Shown here: one piece after another, positions 43,701 to 54,543 of the stretch
How positions within the stretch are numbered: the stretch's first letter is position 1
How the letters are laid out: the number at the start of each line of letters is the position of its first letter
Made by a program: the position numbers and the translations under genes
From: Leidyana gryllorum EB-2025a
Taxonomy: Eukaryota; Protista; Apicomplexa
Assembly (NCBI GenBank): GCA_048772705.1
Contig: JBLWGC010000224.1
Coordinates: 187,710-251,709, forward strand
Direction of reading: 5' to 3'
Length of the DNA: 64,000 nucleotides
The notes under the pieces: generated by a model
Seen by the model: the letters and a program-made list of their open reading frames with translations, nothing else
Told to the model about the DNA's origin: nothing
Databases searched by the model: none

Positions 43701-44270
43701 GAGAACAGACCAGGTCGGCCGCCTCGACCCCCTCAACAACAGCAGCAGCAGCCATCTTCTTGTCACCGGAAGCAGTCGTCGTCGTCTCAGCAGCAGCAGC
43801 AGCAGAGTCATCGAAGTACTCCCGAAGAGGCAGATTTCGTTCGTTTTTTGGAGGAGAGCCAGCATCGTAGAGGTCGGAGGCGCAGTCGGAGAGCGGCGAG
43901 GCCGTCTTCGACTCCGCCCGAGCTTTGTTGCGTTGTTGGAAACCGTATAATCCGAGTATCTGCTGCTGCTGCTCCTGTAGGACCATCAGATCCTCCATCA
44001 CTGATCAGTTCCACATCCTCAAGTTGTTGTTCGGACAGCAGCGACGCCGCAGCTCAGTTCTTCTTAGCCAGTACGCCTGGTGGTGGTGACGAAACCGAGC
44101 TTACCTTCCCGTCTTTCAGCTCTGACCTCAGTTCCAGCAGCTCGCCATTTGATGACCTCTCGTCCCATGTTGTTCGCCCGCCGAATCGGAGGCGCTGTCA
44201 GTGTCGCACACCAGCAGTGGGAATAGTCAAGGTCCATCGGAGGACCTGTGCACAGCCAAGAGAGCCCTAG
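40737..44270 (+). CDS. Large single-pass membrane protein with Thr-rich/acidic/His-rich N-terminal half and disordered Cys/Ser/Arg-rich tail
   Basis: 1177-codon ORF with one TM (LMVMGILSGTVVVLSSFLLLLLCML) followed by RQTRRRR. The true start probably lies in an upstream exon. Confidence 0.7.
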   Translation: MQRLPFHVGAKHHHNRLPAEPVRGIPAHSSGHPHTAEQTSPASVGLTMEPFGAPSQLQSATNVQVDLPMMDDDAASATGHRRTTIIKRTRKRPHTTTTTTSTTTTTTATTTVPRHRAVQDSEELSLSADPEEDEAEEEDEEGEDSMESSTGDNDAVMDDEDEDEAGESSSSSMRRNSDRTKKKKTTTTSGSLRRRRPLQVELGSPANMQTDDPLSMSTELPSFYNDVEATEEPVGPPMMPGVQKHWLHKHIHAPIVMTPTHPPPAPPREEPRWHHWFEIFPSKRLKDYDDALDDTDDPVDDMEPIFRDDIKVWPPRHESEEDNYSREVQEVESRWQHFLHHHQPHKEHHLKLPSWLRHPFGGGGGTEDADFPVVHLGHPWAEQDPNTDQWGDDPETLMVMGILSGTVVVLSSFLLLLLCMLARQTRRRRACESRCPPPPPSDEQQSSSSGRPSSSEDDGIPRLDINTRRTEPPTLMGLDPPDDSSRGGGGGLRCSLGGVGGNNNHLHGGNSSSENISASSPGGGFNCANAVEEHRQQLHREIQLLQQKYSPPAAVCGQIDNAVVCIQVDPEEDDERDLAAATEHLHSPTRRRQQQNPPHSDECCSSPDPKCQPEFEHQVLNIASASRAATPSRSAASCCSIISHHNNLGESRTCAVPLNVPIQRRRRRRREHHSLPSQRSSRDLSSPPSVNRRQTQQDFLPSCRSHSPSLCRPDDHTPLHPTLELPTKAQKCLTSLPSRITPSSCVYTPPSAEHCQAQRIPHTAACRIPNPFTTAPTTAPIPEDTCQVLPHFPDTAPLPCPGPIVCAEVQIPCDDGQSSSAPPAEDNATTCYCDLSAASVLRRSRVAEELDQLRPPLRHELEGRWGGAGPTGQCSSSVHSAAAVDSTHSDWKTPREIDSSVRVPASFGDCFDKLPRRHRASRSTMSPTYTARRVVSLSLDRRCVKSTPASSATSHLSNDSLIRAGNVDAGLDRSLLAHTARALLLRHLENRPGRPPRPPQQQQQQPSSCHRKQSSSSQQQQQQSHRSTPEEADFVRFLEESQHRRGRRRSRRAARPSSTPPELCCVVGNRIIRVSAAAAPVGPSDPPSLISSTSSSCCSDSSDAAAQFFLASTPGGGDETELTFPSFSSDLSSSSSPFDDLSSHVVRPPNRRRCQCRTPAVGIVKVHRRTCAQPREP

Positions 44271-44445
44271 TCTAAAAATCGATATATATGAAAGCCAGTT
44301 TTACTTGCAGATCAGTTTTCGAACAACTTCTCACCTATACATTGAGATACATACACATACATATTCATCAAGTTGACATCAACAGCAGACCATCAGACAG
44401 GTTGCAGACGGAGGGGAAGAAATATGTAGTCTCAGCCACCAGGTG

Positions 44446-44922
44446 CTAAAAGTAACGCACAGCCACACACTCAGACAGCAGCGTTGAAGACAGTGTTGCA
44501 TAACATGGAGATTTCGCATCGGTCCATTCTTGTAAGCATAGATCGTAGGTATTGGGTCTCGCCGGGAAGGACAGCCTCTTCTTGCAGGCGGTTAATAGCG
44601 ATTGAGCCGCGTTTCGGGCAGTTTGGTCAAACACCAGCCATCGATCTTCTTCGGCTTCATTGGTATTTTCCTCGACCTCTTCGTCTCTTCGTGGTGTTGT
44701 TGAAACTGGAAGTGTTGCGGGAGTCGACTTCATCATCAGCTGGTCATTCCCACTAACAATGGTCAGCTCGTGGAGATCGATCGGGCTGTAGGCACTTGAC
44801 ACGCTATCTTTGCGAAGTACCCGTACGTCTCCATTCAGCATTTCGAGCTCGGGAATCACCAGAAAGCGATCACCCACACTCAATTGAACAAGTGGAAGCA
44901 GTAGCGAGAGTCGCAGCATCAT
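44446..44922 (-). CDS. Small secreted protein with four-Cys C-terminal domain
   Basis: MMLRLSLLLPLVQLSVG signal-like N-terminus and C-terminal C..C..C..C. Confidence 0.55.
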   Translation of the reverse strand: MMLRLSLLLPLVQLSVGDRFLVIPELEMLNGDVRVLRKDSVSSAYSPIDLHELTIVSGNDQLMMKSTPATLPVSTTPRRDEEVEENTNEAEEDRWLVFDQTARNAAQSLLTACKKRLSFPARPNTYDLCLQEWTDAKSPCYATLSSTLLSECVAVRYF

Positions 44923-44955
44923 AAGACCAAAAACGCGCACAGCACGCAAATCTAT

Positions 44956-46607
44956 CTAGACGAACGCTGTCAATGCCCAGGGACGCCGCACCGGTGTGTA
45001 CGGACCGAAACGAGCTCCGAGTAAATTAGCTGAAAGTGTTCCAACCGCCCATGACATTGGAGGTACCAGAGGGCTCCATAATCCAACATTCGGCCGCCCG
45101 AACCCACTCACGATTTGGACCAGCCACAAGCACGCCACGATCCCAACAAACCCCAGGATCTCATTCCGATTATGCAATGCCATACACCACCTGCACAGTA
45201 CAGTAAGTAAGTGGTACAACAACAGGGATCAAACAGAAAGGGCACACACTGTGGCAAAAGGGGACCAGATACACTCGGGTGGAACGACAAAGGAAGACAC
45301 CCCACAGCCGAAGAAAGACTGACAGACAGACGGAGAGAGAGGAGAAGGAGACACTCTGTAGTTACCCAGCAGATATCAGGGGCGCGTATGTTAGTGGCAA
45401 TGATATCAGCGCTACCACGGTTTGCACTCTGCTCGTGAATGCCGTACTCGACGTGGCGATGCAGGCCAAACAGCCACACAGCGAGCATCCGTAAACGTAA
45501 GATTTGCGAGGCAGTGTTCTCAGCCTTGTCGGCCAACAGACAATCATTACGCTGACAGTCTGAGGGAGAGGTCGCCATGAGAGAGCAAGACAGATCCTCA
45601 CCACCCAAATACAGCCCATCAAAAATAAGCTTGGGACAGCGATGGAAGATATACTAGAAATGCAGCCAACAAAGGTCGGGGTACATGGCTCATCATATTC
45701 CATAGGATGTGCGAGTTCTCCCCCTCGTAACAGTGTTAAATAAATGAAGGACATTGAACCTCCCCCGAAAGACACCGACGCCGCCGCGGCTGTATACACA
45801 TATGGGAGATCTCTTGAACCAAAACCGACCTGAAATTCGCAATAATCGTCCCAAAGTAACCTGTCGACCCTGGTCCGTGGTGAAGTCAGATCGGCAGAAG
45901 GCCATGGCAAACAGGATACCCAGAAAGCTCCCTTGAACCACATGTACGAGTCCTAGTGTGTCCATCGAGAGGAAGAACAGTGTTACTCCCAGGAAGATCT
46001 GCGCATAAACAACTTGCCCCGGAAGCACCGTAAGGGTGAGGGCAGATAGCCCAGAGCACACACACAAACACACACGGAGACATGCGTCGCGGGCAGGAAC
46101 AACGTTATCAGCTCATTACGGCGGGACGGGAGGACGATGATTGGATACAGACGGCACAAGACGCGATGATCGCTTTCAGATCTCGATTATCGAGTCGTGG
46201 GGGTGGAGGATTGGTGTGAGCGGTGGTTGGTGGTTCGAAATACTGATGCGACCGGACAGATGCAGAGCCAAACGACGTTGAGGGTGGACTGACATGGATC
46301 GCGGCGCCGAAGGCCGTCGCTGAGGTAGCCGCAAGATTAGTTATAGCCCATTTTCTTCTCTGTTGGGATGGAGGGCTGGGCGGCGGCTGTGGCGAATTGT
46401 GAGCAGCATTCGGAGAACTAGGGGCTTCGTCAGAGGCGGCCTGCTGAGTCACTGCGGCTTATGTTTCAAAGTGTCCGGACTGCTCTTCACCTCCAAGTCT
46501 TTCTCATCTTCAACTGAGGTCACATCCATGGGAAAAATCTCAGATGTTTGGGGGCCATGAGAATCTGACTTCTTGTTGCGGCCTCTCGCTTTGTCGGCTA
46601 CTACCAT
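44956..46607 (-). CDS. Multi-pass membrane protein (transporter-like)
   Basis: ATG 46607 spliced to ORF 46108..46452, then several exons with many hydrophobic segments. Confidence 0.55.
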
Positions 46608-47629
46608 TGACGTTCTCCGCTATCCACGTAAGAAGGTCCCAACACGCAGCAGCATGAATAAGAGTTGCAGTGCCTTGTTGCTATAGCGGCCGGATTTTTG
46701 TTGGAAGGGGTACCGAAGAGCTTCGCATTAGGAGTCGGCACAGTGCAGGCGACATGCTTTCTACTTTTATCATTCTGTTGGACTTCGCGTGATCGGCATG
46801 GGGCCTCTCTGGCGCACGCTCAGACTTTCTTAGGTAATCTTTGGTTGGGGCCGAAGGGGAGTATCTGCCTGACGCTATCCAGGACTTTTCGGTTCCCAGT
46901 TATTGACTTTGGCTCTGGCGGCTTCTTGCGTGAATTGGCTGACGATAACTCGTCATTGGTCGAGCAGTTCGCTCCTGCTGGGGGTGACGCAGGAGATGTG
47001 TGAAATGTATTCGGTTTTCGGCTGCCTGTACCAAGTACCCAACGTTTTGGTTGTCATCTATTGTGGTGTCGCTGCGATCGATCTCGTGAGTCTGCAGAGC
47101 ATTGAATGACGCTTGTTTGGTTTCTTCTCTCCAGTTGGCACAAATCACAATTTTGGTATTCGTGAAGTCTGCCAGACGCAGGTTCGCACCTTGTTGGGGT
47201 TTAGTTTTCATTATATTGAGTGGACATTTATGTCTGTTATGTGGAGCCTTGTTAACGGGCGGCTCAGTGACCTTAATGCTGCTTGGATTTCTGTTCTCGC
47301 AATTGGCTTTCTTGCCACTACTTTCTGTCTGGTGGTTCGAAACTTTGTCCAGGAGGCCGAACAACACCGCCATTGTAGCGGGCATTGCCACCGTTGCCTT
47401 ATTGGGCACTGCCTTCTGCTCTGGAGTCGAAACCTTGGATACCTACATGTGGTTGGCTTTGACGCTGACTTCGTATGGGTCGTGTCTGGCTGGCACCAGT
47501 GTTGCACGATGGACGGTTGAACTGCGACCGTTACGTAGAGTTTCGAGCGGAGTTAGCGACATATGCTTGCATCCCGTACCCCTTGCCACTCCCGAACCTA
47601 TGGTGATACCCAATGCTTACAAGGTTTGA
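46544..47629 (+). CDS. Multi-pass membrane protein
   Basis: Hydrophobic ORF blocks 46665, 46903 and 47102 linked by GT-AG introns. First exon inferred from the GTAAGA donor at 46628. Confidence 0.5.
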
Positions 47630-47665
47630 AGGGCCAAATTTTTTTTGACGGTTCAGTGGCTGGCC

Positions 47666-50600
47666 ATGGTCAAGGCGTACCTTGCCCACCGTCATTTGGA
47701 CACCTTCGGAGCGGTGGTCAGTCCGTCGTGCAACATTGTTTGCCACCCCACCCGGCTCCTCTGTTTCACTGGCGGCAACGAAGCCGTTTTGATATGGGGC
47801 TTGAAGGACAATGGCCACCCAACAAAATTGTTGGTCCCCCCCAATCCCGTGGAAGGCGTGCCGAGATATGACAGTGTGACACAGATCGCGCCCATAGCAC
47901 CGGTCAGAGGTACTTCAGACGTCATAGTTGGCTATTCCAACGGTGATATTCGTCAATGGGATTTTGACAAGAAAACAGTCACAGCTCGGTTCCAAGGACA
48001 TAAAGGACCCATCACAGCCCTCGTACAGAGCTGTAATGGTGAAATGATGGCCTCCGGCGCAAGCGATCATGATATCATCCTTTGGGATATCTTCCAAAAC
48101 TCTGCCCGCTTCCGACTAATTGGACACACAATGCCAGTCACGGCTCTTCAATTCCTTTATCCCCTGGTGGAGGAACACGATGACTATCGCAAATTTGGGG
48201 GCAATCCCACTCACCTCCTCAGTGGCTCCTTGGACGGCCACATCCGTTTATGGCACCTAGAATCCCAAAGATGTGTACAGGTCATCTCCACACACTGCAC
48301 TGGCGCCGTGCAATCAATGCTCCTCATGCCCGATCAGACCCATCTCGTCATCGGATTGGCGAGTCGAAACCTCGAAGTATTCTCAATTCGTTCCCGGAAC
48401 GACCAGAAAGGCGACGACCGTACCACCCTCGATGCTGATTACGTGCTAGAGTACTCCGGCGGCTTACAGCGCCATTCTGCAGCTCGCAAAGTCTCATCTT
48501 TGGTACTTATGGGAGCCGCTGGCCGTGAGGACCAACCGCCTCTCCCCTCCGGCCATTCCACCCTTTCCACGCTACCGGACGGCACTTTGGTCAACGACGA
48601 AGGCACTGAACGATACGTCTACGACCAAAGAGCTCTACTTTTTGTCGGCGCATACTCAAAACAACTCGAGATCGTTCAGGTGAACGATGTTAGATTACAG
48701 CAGCGCCGTCAACTCCGGATACTCCTCCGTCGAATCGAAAAACTCAAGAAGAAGAGCAACAAGCTCAAACAGGGTGGTGACATTGACAATGAGTTACGAG
48801 CTCTCTTAGGACCCGATTGGAGGTCAGTGCATGCTGACTCCGAATCCAAGAAGATCAGCGATATCGATCGGGCCTTGAAAGTCCTCAAAGGGGCGGTGTC
48901 CAAACGCTCGACTTTGCCCAAAACAGAGTCTAAATCTGACACCTCCACTGTTGATACCCCGCAAAAGACTTCCAAGAAGAGGAAGTCAGCTGACACTCCA
49001 GTCCAAGAGAGCAGCACTGAGGCACCAGAAGAGGACTCCAGTACGAGTTTGCTGACATCCACAAGTGCTTCGGTGACCTTCTCAATGATGACTGAGCGCT
49101 TCGAAGTGATCGATCGGGTGGTCTCCATGGGTCTGCACAACCGAACCCTTACAGTTGGCACCACCCACAATACATTGGAGGCTTATACGCTTGATGCTGA
49201 TGCGTTCTTCAGCAACGACGACGACAACAAGTATACACTGGTTCAACGTTCGGCAAATACCCGGGCGCGTCTGGGCCTTTCGGATGGCCTGAATGAGGTC
49301 GCCACTCATCTGGCCGTCTCGCACGATGACCGAACACTGATGTCTCTATCAACAGGGGTGAGTCGCAATTCATTTGTGAGCCACACACGTGTGGCGGCGG
49401 GTTGACCGAATCAACTATACATCTGCTGCGCGCCCATGTCTTCTGACTTCAACCACTGCAACAATCTTTCCCTTCTCCTCAGCAAATTGGTATCTGGGAT
49501 ATCCACGAAAGGCGAGCCAGGTTGAGATTGGACGCGACAAATGTTGACGTCGGGAAGGACTACAAACCATTATGTGGCTTCTTCCTGGCTGGTAACGACT
49601 TGATAATGGTTGGGGACTCAAAGGGATGCTTGACTGTTTTCCATCTCCCCTCTGTTACGCAAGTGTGCCAACAACAGGTGCACGAGGGTTCCATCGTTGC
49701 CTTATGCAATCATCCCCACCACATCGGTTTCGTTTCCGTTGGGGCGGACTTGAAGATGCGGACGTATCAGTTCGTCCTGTCCGAGGAGGCTGAGGGAAAA
49801 TCCAAGTTGGATTTCGAGCTTTTGGAGGAGATTGAGTTGCCAGACCGGCCTCACGATGTCAAATACAGCCACAATGGAGACTACATTGCGGTGGCAATGG
49901 CTAACAATTCTGCACAGGTCTTCTATGCAGATACGTTGAAGCTGCGCCTAACGTTGTATGGCCACAGTCTACCGGTGACATCGATCGCATGGTCGACTGA
50001 CGGCCAGATGTTGGCAACCGGCAGCATGGATCGGCATATAAAGGTTTGGGACACGGAGTTCGGCAACATTCTCCGGTCTCTGCCTGCGTTGAGGAGAGGA
50101 TTCATAACTCGGGTCGCTTTTGCGTTTGACACGCACTATATAATGAGCGCACATTCGGACGGGACGCTAAAACTGTTCGATTGTGACTCTGGAGAGCGTA
50201 TCACTACCCTGGGGGGTACGGGTGTTGGCGGAGGTCCCGAGTTAAAGGGTCTGGCAACAACTCAGGACAGCGACCTGATATTCGCTTCTGGGTCGGATCG
50301 TACCATTAAAGTGTGGGAGCGGACGTCGGAGCAGATGTTTTTGGTAGAAGAGCGAGCGCGAGAAGAGAACGCCGCAATGCTCAATGAAATGGCGCGTGCT
50401 GATGTGGATTTGCCGACGGCGGGTACGCGGGATGTTATAGCGAGTGATCGCCCGACAAAGAAGGGGATTGAGACTGTGCGGGATACCGAGCAGCTAATCG
50501 AGGCTATTGAGTTGGCTGAGGCAGAGAGGGTGAATCGTGAGGGGTATTTGAAGGCAGTTGAAGACTGGAAGAAGTCTTCTTTCCAGATAGCGGTCGCCAA

Positions 50601-51189
50601 GCCGCCTCAGCCATCTCCTAAGCCGGAGCTGCTGGGAAAATCACCCCAGGAATACATTTTGGCAAATCTCGCGACCCTAAGAAGGGATTCCATGAACGAA
50701 GTACTGTTGGGTCTGCCCTTTGAGCACGCACTGAAAGTAAGTGGACAGCCCGAACACGTGTCTGCTATATTCAATTTCGCTCTGTCAGTTGGTGCGCTAT
50801 GTAACGAATGCCTTGGAAGAATTCTGTGTCTGCTTAGACGAGAGCGCTACAGCAGCTCCGTTGCTGATGATGAACGCAGAGACCGCTTGTCGCATTGCTT
50901 CCACTATTGTGCACGCTCACAGAAGGTAAGACTCCTGTCATAGTGACGGAGACACACGCAATTTGTTTGTGACAGATTCTTGGGATCCGCGCGAGAGCAT
51001 CGGGAGTTGTTGGTGCGACTGGCTAAAGCGAGTCGAACTGCGATAAATTACGAGCTGGTGAGTGTACAGAGTTTGTTTGTGTGTTCGAGGAATATCAATC
51101 GGCCATTTTAGGATTTTGTTCGTAGAAACGTCGTGGCTACGGGTTTCTTGGGCCACGTGTGCGCTGGCAGACTAGTTACGCAGAGCTAA
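47666..51189 (+). CDS. UTP12: U3 snoRNP WD40 protein UTP12/DIP2/WDR3
   Basis: MVKAYL..TFGAVVS N-terminus, many WD40 repeats, LTLYGHSLPV..D..IKVW..FG, EQMFLVEERARE, LLGLPFEHAL Utp12 domain. Confidence 0.93.
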
Positions 51190-51221
51190 GATCAACAGAC
51201 TGATGCATACCTGCTGCCACT

Positions 51222-54200
51222 TTATATGCACATCATCAACTCGGGACAGCTATAGTCATTGTTCTCGTCATTGGGAAGCGCTGGGTAAAACGCAACCAAA
51301 GCGTCATTATGCCCAATATAGACACTGTTATATATCCGCCAATACACTTCCCGTACCTGCAATTCAGTTTGACACATTTGTTAATTTATATATCGCACTC
51401 ACCCTTCTGGCGGGATGGAAGAGCCCTTGAAGGAGGTACTGCAGCATGACAGCGGGTCCCAAAGAGACCCGGAAGCCGCTGATGGCGTCGAAGGTTGCCT
51501 GAATCAGATGTGAGGCGGTCTCGAAGATGTTGGGCCAAACAAAGTTCAGCAGGTGTTGAAGTGCGTCCTCACGACTCAGTCCATGAACACCTGAAAAGCA
51601 ATACTGTGATAGCCGTTTTGTTCTTCACTCTTACCCAATGCCAGATGCTTGCAGGTCCATGCGGCAGTCTGACGATGAACTATGTCCCGGTCCATCAGCG
51701 CGTCGCTGAGAAGGGGAGTGACTGCGTAGGCATAGTCACGTCCCATTTCTCCGATATATTCGAACAAGAAAGACAGAGCTTTGAGGACGCCATGTTGCAC
51801 ATTGACATCCGGAATCCTGCGAGGAGAAGATAAACAAAGGCAGCAAGCAGACCAAACACTTACTTGTACTCGTTCATGAGAGCTGGTAGAACTGTGTACG
51901 GAAGACAGGTTTCGGCGACAATGGCAATGGCCACAGTGGTACACACACGGAGTTGGCGTTCTTGGACCCGCAGATTATTGAGGAGTGTAACAATGACATC
52001 GTGGGGACCGATGGTCCGCGCAATGTACCCAAAAGTGTTGACCGTGGCTCTTCTGATGGCCTTCTTATGTGCCTTGAGGAGCTCCAGGAGGTCAAAGCAA
52101 ATTCTATCCCATTCTTTAGGAGAGACCAAATCGCCTCCTCGATCGGCAATTCTGCGTGATGATTGATGAGTGAGTGTTAAGGGGTCTGTGTGTCTGCCTA
52201 CCGTCCGATGAGGTCTATTACGTTCTCCTGCACCTTCTCATGTCTGTTTCGTAAGATTGGTGTCAGGCGCGGCAAGAGGTCTTTGATAGAAGGCGTCATA
52301 CTCCGGATACTGATGACATTGATGATGGACTTGAGTGCACATAGGATGGATCCGAGGACCTCTGGGTACTCTTCACCCAGAAACTCGTACAGGAAAAGCC
52401 CAAAATGGGCCAATATCTGTTCCTCTTCACACTTCTTGATGACTCCCGCGATCCGACTGACCACATCAGCCGCTTGTTGGCGGATTCGGGCACTCGGAGT
52501 GTTCAACCGCCATCTTATGATGCCTGAGTGACAAGTGGAATACGTGTGTGCACACACGCGCGAGGCTTACCTGCAATTTGCTTTAGATAGGGCTTGACAC
52601 GAATACCCAAAGCATTGACGATACTTCCAAAGGCATTGAGGACAGTACTTGTTTCCTCATTGGTTTGGTCCTGGAAACAGAGTACAAGACGATCGATCAA
52701 TGCCTCCTCGAGCTTCTGGTCAATGTCGGCGACTCCCAAATTGAGGACAATCTGTTCGGCAACCTCGAGGGCCATCCGTCGGAAGTTCTCATTTTGGTCT
52801 CTAAGAGGTTCCAGTAGTCGGCCCAGAATCTCTGCACCCCCAACTTTGTTTGCCAACTCAACGGTAGTCTCAACAACTTGTTTACGATTAGCTCGGTCCA
52901 CTGCGTTCCGGACGACCAGGAAGGACTGACAGTACAGTGGAAGGATTTCGCGGACGATGTACTGTGCGTCAACTCCTTCGGTCGCGACACAGAGCTTGAC
53001 AACTTTGAGGACTATCTTTTTCATCTCCTCATCGGGGGTGCTAAACTCGCGCCGTACGATCTGCATTACTTCCTTTGTGTACGTGTTGGCGTGCTCGCCC
53101 TCCATCAAGGGGATGATTAGCCCAATGGCTTTGAGAAAAGCGGCCAGCCCCTTCCCGCGGTACTCCTGGATGCCTTGCCATAAGGGACGCACGACACAGT
53201 CAAAGGCCTCAATACCGTAGGGGTAGCTCGCTTCAGCCAAGGCCGCCAAAGCCAGAGCAGTGATTGTACGCACTTTCTGCTGCTCGTCTTGCAGCCCGTG
53301 AGCGATAATCTCAACCAAATGCTTGAGGTGCGGTAACACCGCACAACCCATCAGTATAGCTATCTGTTGAACAATCTTTATACCCGTGTGCCGTGCTTGC
53401 CAACTCTTCTTGGACTGACACACCGCCTTGAGAAAAAGTATCAAGCTCGGAATCCCCAAAGCAGACGCTACCACAGCGAAAGCCCGAGCAGTCGTGTTCC
53501 GTACGTACTCATCAGGGTGATCAATGTCAGGCCGCATTGTCGCGATCATTGAAGCCAACCCAGCAGCCTTCGCGAGGTTCGATATGATCTCACGGCCTTC
53601 CACTCGCGCATAATAGTCTTCGTCTATCAGGAGGGGCTCAATAACTACTAAGATTTTGTGTACAAAAGGGCGGACCAAGTCATCCAATTTATATAGCACA
53701 CGGTCAATCACTTTGACCAACAGATGCCGCTCCTGATCTTCAGCTGCACTCTGCATCATCAGAGGTAATATCTGATTGAACAGAGGAGCCGGACCGAACT
53801 CTCGGGCCTTCTCAGTGATCTGCTTCAACGCCGCTCTCCGTAAGGGGGGGGTTCCGTTCTTGATCTTTAGCAACAGCGCCGCTATACGCCGCTCCTTCAA
53901 CTCGTCAACACTCAAGGTGTCCTCATCAACGTTCTCGAACAGCTTATGGAAGAAATCATAATCTTCCTTCTTCAGACTTAAGTCATTCACGTTTATGTCC
54001 GGAGCTCCGGGAATGTGCGTGATTTCACTTGGCAATTCATACAGAGGCGTTTGGTCGCCACCCATTGCCGTATAATCAACTCGAGGCTTCGTCGCTGGCA
54101 CATAGCCAGGAGGAGGCTGCACAACCTCATAACCCTCAGTAGGGAGGATTTCGTCTAATTCCTCGTCACTCAAAGGCTTGTTCCGTGGGTCTAACATCAT

Positions 54201-54524
54201 AGCGGCCTGGGTAGCACTCGCCGCAGATACACCACCACCCAGCGGTGTCATTGGCGTTCCAATACCGGTCATCCCGGGCGCCGCCAAAGGAGTAACTCCG
54301 GGACCTCCGAGGTCGGTTCCCCCTCCCATGTCCCATCGACTCCTCTTCACCGCCCCGGACTCCTCCACTATCGCAGCAATTGGGGTGGCCACATCTGCGC
54401 CGGATATACCCACCACAGGTGTTTCTCCATTAATGGTGTCCTCTTCGAGCCGCCTTTTCTTCCGATTACGCTCCTCTTCATTCGATACAGCGCCAATAAC
54501 TGGCGTATCCCACTTCGAAGACAT
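51222..54524 (-). CDS. SF3B1: Splicing factor 3B subunit 1 (short N-terminus)
   Basis: [98 protein letters not shown]. Confidence 0.98.
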
Positions 54525-54543
54525 CCTGGAGCCGCCCAAAAAT

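Noticed and set aside
52040-53520. SF3B1 cancer-hotspot and splicing-inhibitor-site substitutions
   Set aside because: Equivalents of E622, R625, H662, K666, K700, G742 and R1074 are all wild-type.
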